Below are positions 58,676-64,000 of a DNA stretch of 64,000 bases, one piece after another (positions within the stretch are counted from its first letter, which is position 1; every line of letters starts with the position of its first letter). The notes below the pieces were generated by a model. The model saw nothing but the letters and a program-made list of their open reading frames with translations, was not told the origin of the DNA and did no database searches. Location of the stretch: contig CAVSGI010000020.1 of NCBI GenBank assembly GCA_963727445.1, forward strand, positions 416,001-480,000, given 5' to 3'. A program made the position numbers and the translations under genes. This DNA is from an uncultured delta proteobacterium (GTDB taxonomy: Bacteria; Myxococcota_A; Polyangia; Polyangiales; B10-G4).

Positions 58676-59221
58676 ATGGTCGGGACTCGCAGCGTTTTCT
58701 TCGGCGTGGTGGCGACTTGCCTCGTTTCGACGCTCGCCGGCTGTGGGGGCGGGGTCGCGGGCGCGCTCGAGACCGCCCACACCGAAGGCAGCCCCCCCGC
58801 CGGGCTCCGGGTGATCTACGACGACTACCGCGAGGACCAGGGGGGCGATCGCATCGAGCTCCGAGGCGACGGTCACCTCCGTGGGGATCGCTGGCGGCCG
58901 GGCGAGGGCCAGCGCGAGGGACGCTACTGGGAAGGCCAGGTGCCCGAGCGAACCGTGAAGGCGCTGGTCGATCTGCTGGTCGACATTCACGGCTGGGAAC
59001 AGAAGGCCGAGGAAGAGCCCAGCCGTCTGGAGGATCGTCGCGCGACCCTCACCATCGAGATCGGCGGCGAACGTTCCACCATCTGGGAGTACGTGAGCGA
59101 CCTGGAGTCGCGAAACCGCATCCACCGCGTGAAGAGTCACCTCGAAGCGCTCTCCTTCGAGGTGCGGCATCCGATGGCGGACGGCGCGAGCGGCGCGTTC
59201 GGCGGCGACAGTGAGGACTGA
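58676..59221 (+). CDS. Hypothetical lipoprotein
   Basis: Lipobox LAGC; overlaps the start of the MATE gene. Confidence 0.65.
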   Translation: MVGTRSVFFGVVATCLVSTLAGCGGGVAGALETAHTEGSPPAGLRVIYDDYREDQGGDRIELRGDGHLRGDRWRPGEGQREGRYWEGQVPERTVKALVDLLVDIHGWEQKAEEEPSRLEDRRATLTIEIGGERSTIWEYVSDLESRNRIHRVKSHLEALSFEVRHPMADGASGAFGGDSED

Positions 59222-60680
59222 TTCCGTCGCACCAGCCACAAGCGCGACCGACCCGGTGATCGAGGCGGTGGCGATCGCCTCGCCTGGCGAGCGACGCAAA
59301 CGCATCCTGAAGCTCGCGCTCCCGATCATCGGCGGCATGGCGTCGCAGAACATCCTCAACCTCGTCGACACCGCCATGGTCGGCGTGATCGGCGACTCGG
59401 CGCTGGCGGCGGTGGGCCTCGCGTCGATGGTGAACTTCCTGGTCACGGCGTTCATCCTCGGCCTGGGCGCCGGCGTGCAGGCGATGGCCGCCCGCAGAGT
59501 GGGACAGGGTCTCGTCGACCAGACCGCCGTGCCCCTCAACGGCGGCCTGACGGTCGCCGTGAGCGCGGCGATCCCGTGGTCCATCGCCATCTGGTTCCTC
59601 GCGCCGCTCTTCTTCCCCTACCTCATCGACGACTCGGCCGTGGTGGCCCAGGGCAGCGATTATCTGCGGATGCGGCTCATCGCGATGACCGCGATGGGCA
59701 TGAACTTCTGCTTCCGCGGGTTCTGGAACGCGACCGATCGATCGCATCTGTACATGAGCACGCTGATCGTGATGCACGTCACGAACATCCTGCTCAACAG
59801 CCTCTTCATCTACGGAACGGGCCCCTACCCGGTGCCGACCTTCTTCGGGATGGAGATCGACCTCTTCTCGCCGTGGTGCCTGCCCATCGCCGAAGCCTTC
59901 GACATTCCGCGCATGGGCGCCTCGGGCGCCGGGCTCGCGTCGGCCTGCGCGACCTGGGTCGGCACGGCGACCTATTTCATGCTCGGGCTCAAGCACGCGC
60001 GCCCCGGCGGGTTCCTCCGCGGTCTTCCGGACGCGGAGACCTTGCGCGGCATGCTCCGCCTCTCGGTGCCGAACGGCGTGCAGACGATCTTCTACTCCTC
60101 GGGGATGGTCGCCTTTCACGTGCTCACCGGCATGGTCGGCACGCGCGAGCTCGCCGCCTCGAACGTGATCGTGAACCTGCTGCTCGTGGGCATGCTGCCG
60201 GGGCTCGGGTTCGGACTCGCGGGGATGAGCCTGGTGGGGCAGGCGCTCGGGCGAAAGGACCCCGAGGACGCGCGCCGTTGGGGCTACGAGGTGGCGCGGA
60301 TCGCGATGGCGGTCGTGTTCGTGATCGGCTTGCCGGGCGTGTTGGTGCCCGACGCAATTCTGCGCGTCTTCCTGCATGACGCCGCGACCCTCGAGGTCGC
60401 CGCGACCCCCTTGCGCCTCGTGTCCGGCTTCTTGTGCATCGACGCCGCCGGCATGGTCTTCATGAACTGTCTCCTCGGCGCCGGAGCCAACCGCCGGGTG
60501 ATGCTGGTCGCGGTGACCCTGCAGTGGCTCCTCTTCCTGCCGATGGTCGCGGTCGTGGGACCGATCCTGATGTGGGGTCTCATCGCCATCTACGCGGCCA
60601 ACGCCGTGTACCGAATCATCCAGGCGGGTGTGTTCTGGAGCTTCTGGCGCGGCGATTCCTGGACGGGAATCGAAGTCTGA
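59211..60680 (+). CDS. MATE family efflux transporter
   Basis: LALPIIGGMASQNILNLVDTAMVG, LAAVG, LVGQALG; about 12 TMs. Confidence 0.92.
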   Translation: MRTDSVAPATSATDPVIEAVAIASPGERRKRILKLALPIIGGMASQNILNLVDTAMVGVIGDSALAAVGLASMVNFLVTAFILGLGAGVQAMAARRVGQGLVDQTAVPLNGGLTVAVSAAIPWSIAIWFLAPLFFPYLIDDSAVVAQGSDYLRMRLIAMTAMGMNFCFRGFWNATDRSHLYMSTLIVMHVTNILLNSLFIYGTGPYPVPTFFGMEIDLFSPWCLPIAEAFDIPRMGASGAGLASACATWVGTATYFMLGLKHARPGGFLRGLPDAETLRGMLRLSVPNGVQTIFYSSGMVAFHVLTGMVGTRELAASNVIVNLLLVGMLPGLGFGLAGMSLVGQALGRKDPEDARRWGYEVARIAMAVVFVIGLPGVLVPDAILRVFLHDAATLEVAATPLRLVSGFLCIDAAGMVFMNCLLGAGANRRVMLVAVTLQWLLFLPMVAVVGPILMWGLIAIYAANAVYRIIQAGVFWSFWRGDSWTGIEV

Positions 60681-60686
60681 AGCGTC

Positions 60687-61455
60687 TCAGAGCGCGACGT
60701 CGACCGCGACCTCCTCGTCGCCCACGTGGAGCGTGCCCCCGATCCGCGTGGCGTCCGCGTGCACGCGTCCCAACCAGTAGCCGGGCAGCATCTCGACCGT
60801 CTCGACGCCCTCACTCGCGAGGTGAACCGGCGCGGAGGCTTCGGTGTAGACCGCGAGCCGGCGCTCACCCTCGTCCTCGAAGAGGACGAGCTCGGCCGCG
60901 GGCGCGTCGAAGGTGTGAAGGAGCCGCCCTTCGTCCGGGCGTTCCATGGCCACCGCGCTCGCCGCGGCGACACGCAGCGGCGAGGCCGCGGCCTGCTCCG
61001 CCATGCGCAGCACCGAAAGACGCCGCGTGCATTCACGACAGCGTGTGAGGTGAAGCGCGGCGCTCGCCAGGGAGAAGCCGTCGAGCTCGCCCCGCGTCGC
61101 AGCGCCGAGGCGTCCATCGGGAGGATGAAGTGGATTCGGAGGGTCCGGTCAGCGCCTCCACGTCGGCGCCGTCGAGGGCCGCGAGCCCCGCCTTGGCGAG
61201 CGCCGCCGCCCAGGCGAGGTCCTCGGCTTCCTCTTCGTCGCCCGAGCCAGGCCCGGCGCTCAGGATCGTCCGGCGGCCCTTTCGGATCAGGCCCTTCCGT
61301 TCACTCACGGGGACCTCCGACAGCCCGGTGAAGACGGCGAGGCCGGCGGCGTGGGCGAGGGCCTCGAGGACCAGCTCGGGGGTGGCGTCGCCGCGGGTGG
61401 CCCGGGCGTGAAGCCGGTGGAATTGCTCCGCCAATCGGGGGAAGGGTGTGCTCAT
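60687..61455 (-). CDS. Putative zinc-binding anti-sigma (ZAS) protein; one apparent frameshift near 61140
   Basis: Joining 61033..61455 to the frame of 60687..61013 gives HPPDGRLGAATRGELD..AALHLTRCRECTRRL (H..HxxxCxxC). The span is 3n+1 long. ATGA-coupled to the sigma gene. Confidence 0.65.
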
Positions 61456-62225
61456 TTCTTCGTTCTCCCTTCCTTGGACGGTCCCCGGCTGCCCCGACTG
61501 ACAGCGCGCCGGCTGGGGCGGGGCTTGCCCGCATCCGCCCGTCGCGCGCCCTTCAGGAGCTGCGTGAGCACGCTCGCCACCGGGTGATCCCAGCCCTCCA
61601 TCGCCGGCAGGATCACCCGCTCACGGCCGCGCTCGATCCACTTGTAGATGGCGGCCTTGGTCGGCGGTGGCTGGACGCCCAGCGCCAGGACTATCTCGTC
61701 GTAGCCCTGGCCGCGCACGTTCGCGAGGAGCGCCACCTGTGCGCGGCGAAGATCGCCTTGTCGTTTGACCGGGCTCTTCACGTTGTCGGCGATCCACGAC
61801 GCGCAGCGCTCGAGCACCGCGGCGAGGGCTGCCTCGAGAGCCGCCTCCTCGTCCACCTCCGGCGCTTCTTCGGCGGGCGCCGCGGGACCGACGCGATCCA
61901 CCCATTCGGCATCGGCATCCTTCGGCGTGGTGTCGAGGGCGCGATCCATCATGCGGCCGCTCTTCGTTCGGTGGTGATCGATCCTCGCCGTCTTGTGAAC
62001 CTTGCGCAGCCAGGCCTCGGCGCGCCCGGCCGTGTTCGCATCCATTCGCGAAACGGCCCCGAGCACCTTGAGCAGCGTTCGCTGCCGCACGTCGTCGTGC
62101 TCGCGCGGCGGGAGGCGATAGCGCCGGTCGATGTGCTCCGACAGGGCACGCCACGCCCACGAGAGCGCGGGCGCCGCCGGGTCCTCGGCGTCCTTGAGCG
62201 CCGTGAGTGTGTCGAGGAGCGCCAT
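61452..62225 (-). CDS. Divergent ECF-type sigma-70 factor
   Basis: Region 2-like HDDVRQRTLLKV..AWLRKV..ARIDHHR; region 4-like GYDEIVLALG..AAIYKWIERGR. True start ATG 62225 overlaps the PrsW stop (TGATG). Confidence 0.7.
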   Translation of the reverse strand: MALLDTLTALKDAEDPAAPALSWAWRALSEHIDRRYRLPPREHDDVRQRTLLKVLGAVSRMDANTAGRAEAWLRKVHKTARIDHHRTKSGRMMDRALDTTPKDADAEWVDRVGPAAPAEEAPEVDEEAALEAALAAVLERCASWIADNVKSPVKRQGDLRRAQVALLANVRGQGYDEIVLALGVQPPPTKAAIYKWIERGRERVILPAMEGWDHPVASVLTQLLKGARRADAGKPRPSRRAVSRGSRGPSKEGRTKK

Positions 62226-63337
62226 CAGCCGAGCTGGTTTCGGAGCTCGACGATGTGCTTTCGCAGCGGAACGATGAACTCCATGCTGATGGTGCTGTTC
62301 TTGGTGTCCATGGCGCGGGCCGTGTGCCACTTGGAGAGCGCGAGGCGCGCCGTCGCCCGCACGAACTCCGCGCCGATCTTCCCGTGCTTCATCCGGGCCT
62401 TCAGCGTGCCGAAGGCCGAGCAGACCAGCTCGAGCTCGCCCCGGTCGATGGTGCCGAGGGCGACCTCGTCGAGGAGGTTTTCGCGGATGATCTTGCCGCG
62501 GCGCCGCACCAGGAAGCCAATCATGATCAGGAAGCCGACGACGAAGATGAGCCAGAGCGGGAAGAGGAGCAGGAAGGGGATCCCCTGACCGAAGGTCGCC
62601 GAGGCGTTCCAGATCATGTGGAGCATCACCGCGCCCATGTAGCCGAAGAAGGGCGCCATGTACTTCACGGCCGGCGAGCGCGTCTCGCGGGAGATGCCCA
62701 TCGCGATGCCGAACATGCTGGTGTAGACGGGGTGGGCCCAGGGGCCGAGGACGCCGCGCAAGAAGACGGTCATCGCGAGGATGTCCGCGCCCTGCTGCAT
62801 CGCCTCGGAGTAGTAGATGACGTTCTCCACCGCCGCGAAGCCGATGGCGGTGAAGACCGCGTAGATGATGCCGTCCACGACCCCATCGAACTCGCGCTTC
62901 AAGAAGAAGGCGACGCCCCAGATGCCGAGGCACTTGAAGCCCTCTTCGACGAAGGGCGCGCTGATCACGGCGCCGAGCACCTCGCCGAGCTGCGGGTCGA
63001 TGAGCTGCGCGAAGCCCATGACCGCCGAATTGATCACCGCGGAGAAGCCGCAGGCCACGATACCCCCCCACGCCAGGCTGCCGAGGAGCGCGTACCAGGG
63101 CTCGGGGTCGTAGCGATCGAGGAGCCGCGGCACGGTCAGGTACATGAGCATCGCGGGGAAGGCGAGGATGGCGCCGAGGAACATCGCACCGTAGTTGCCG
63201 ATGGGGTCGCCCATGAAGAGCGGCGGCACCAAGAAGACCGCGAAGAGGAGCACCAGGCCCGCGAGGAGCGCTGCGACGAAGAGGCCGAGGCCGATCTGTC
63301 GCCGCTTCTTGTCCGGGTCGGGCAGGCTCTCGCGCAT
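62225..63337 (-). CDS. PrsW family intramembrane metalloprotease
   Basis: LDRYDPEPW, APFVEEGFK, GFAAVENVIY, AHPVYTS, MLHMIWN. Confidence 0.93.
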   Translation of the reverse strand: MRESLPDPDKKRRQIGLGLFVAALLAGLVLLFAVFLVPPLFMGDPIGNYGAMFLGAILAFPAMLMYLTVPRLLDRYDPEPWYALLGSLAWGGIVACGFSAVINSAVMGFAQLIDPQLGEVLGAVISAPFVEEGFKCLGIWGVAFFLKREFDGVVDGIIYAVFTAIGFAAVENVIYYSEAMQQGADILAMTVFLRGVLGPWAHPVYTSMFGIAMGISRETRSPAVKYMAPFFGYMGAVMLHMIWNASATFGQGIPFLLLFPLWLIFVVGFLIMIGFLVRRRGKIIRENLLDEVALGTIDRGELELVCSAFGTLKARMKHGKIGAEFVRATARLALSKWHTARAMDTKNSTISMEFIVPLRKHIVELRNQLG

Positions 63338-63359
63338 GGCCGGTCGCGAGGATACCCGA

Positions 63360-64000
63360 TCAGGTCAGGCGGAGCGCCCGATTCAGGAGCGCGCCCAGGG
63401 CGCGGTGCACCTGGGGTGCATCGCCGAAGGAAAGCGCGCGCTCCGCCCGGCGCTCGGCAGCGGCGAGGAAGGTCGGGACCTCGCCGTAGCGCGGCAGGTG
63501 CGACAGCGCGGTGAACGCGCGGGCGATGGCGTCGGCGCCGAGGGCGTCGCGCTTCGCGCGGAGCTGCGCTTCGACGAGGACGTTGAGCTGCGAGAGAAAG
63601 CGCACGTGCGGCAGAAGCCCCCGGCCGTGAGCGACGGGCGAGGCGGCGAGGAGCTCCCAGCCGGCTTCGGGATGCTTCTTCTGCGAGCCGAGGGCGGTGC
63701 CGAGGAGCCGGCGCGCGACCAGGCCCGGAAGCGGCATCTCCTCGATCGCGGACAGGACCGTCTCGTGCCGGAGCACGCGAAGCGCCTCGCGCAGCGCATC
63801 CGTCTCGACGAGCGCGCCCGCCCAGGCGACGCGCAGCCACGTTTCCCGCGACGCGCGCCGTCCATCCGGAAGCGCGTCGAGCATCGCGTTCGCTTCTCCG
63901 TAGACCGAGCGCGCTTCGTCGAGACGTCCCGCGCGACCGAGCGCGTCGATCAGGTAGCCCGCGGTCCGCGTGGTGCCGCTCGGTCGATGCGCGCGCACGA
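63360..64000 (-). CDS. TPR-like helical protein, C-terminal part (starts beyond window)
   Basis: LIDALGRAGRLDEARSVY and other helical repeats; open to the window edge. Confidence 0.55.
   Translation of the reverse strand, partial: VRAHRPSGTTRTAGYLIDALGRAGRLDEARSVYGEANAMLDALPDGRRASRETWLRVAWAGALVETDALREALRVLRHETVLSAIEEMPLPGLVARRLLGTALGSQKKHPEAGWELLAASPVAHGRGLLPHVRFLSQLNVLVEAQLRAKRDALGADAIARAFTALSHLPRYGEVPTFLAAAERRAERALSFGDAPQVHRALGALLNRALRLT

Overview
High-GC, gene-dense bacterial DNA that looks myxobacterial (Polyangiales/Sandaracinaceae-like). That assignment is inferred from the many Cys-rich lipoproteins, the Ser/Thr kinase-PEGA/TPR module, the DUF1592/DUF1552 pair and the AgmX/PglI-type domains. 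About 50 genes are present. I saw no rRNA, tRNA, CRISPR array, integrase or transposase. Housekeeping content: acyl-CoA ligase (partial), two MATE transporters, a polyamine/methionine-salvage neighbourhood (speE, aminotransferase, mtnB, mtnD), a PAS hybrid kinase, an SGNH-MBOAT-SGNH O-acetylation trio, an L,D-transpeptidase and ppx. The best candidate for a new system is at 43.3-46.0 kb. There a PlpX-like (splicease-type) radical SAM/SPASM enzyme lies 1 nt downstream of a small protein built as Zn-ribbon, hydrophobic segment, lipobox Cys-Tyr-Gly, Asp-rich tail. This suggests backbone splicing at the lipidated Cys of a lipoprotein. Other highlights: a ~2,000-aa lipoprotein with ~39 disintegrin-like repeats, a non-phage Cys-rich lipoprotein carrying an S74-type autocleaving chaperone, a PrsW-ECF sigma-Zn anti-sigma operon, and a 59-bp duplication of a gene 3' end resembling an integration scar. 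Several frameshifts may be consensus errors. All family calls come from motif recognition by eye, not database searches.
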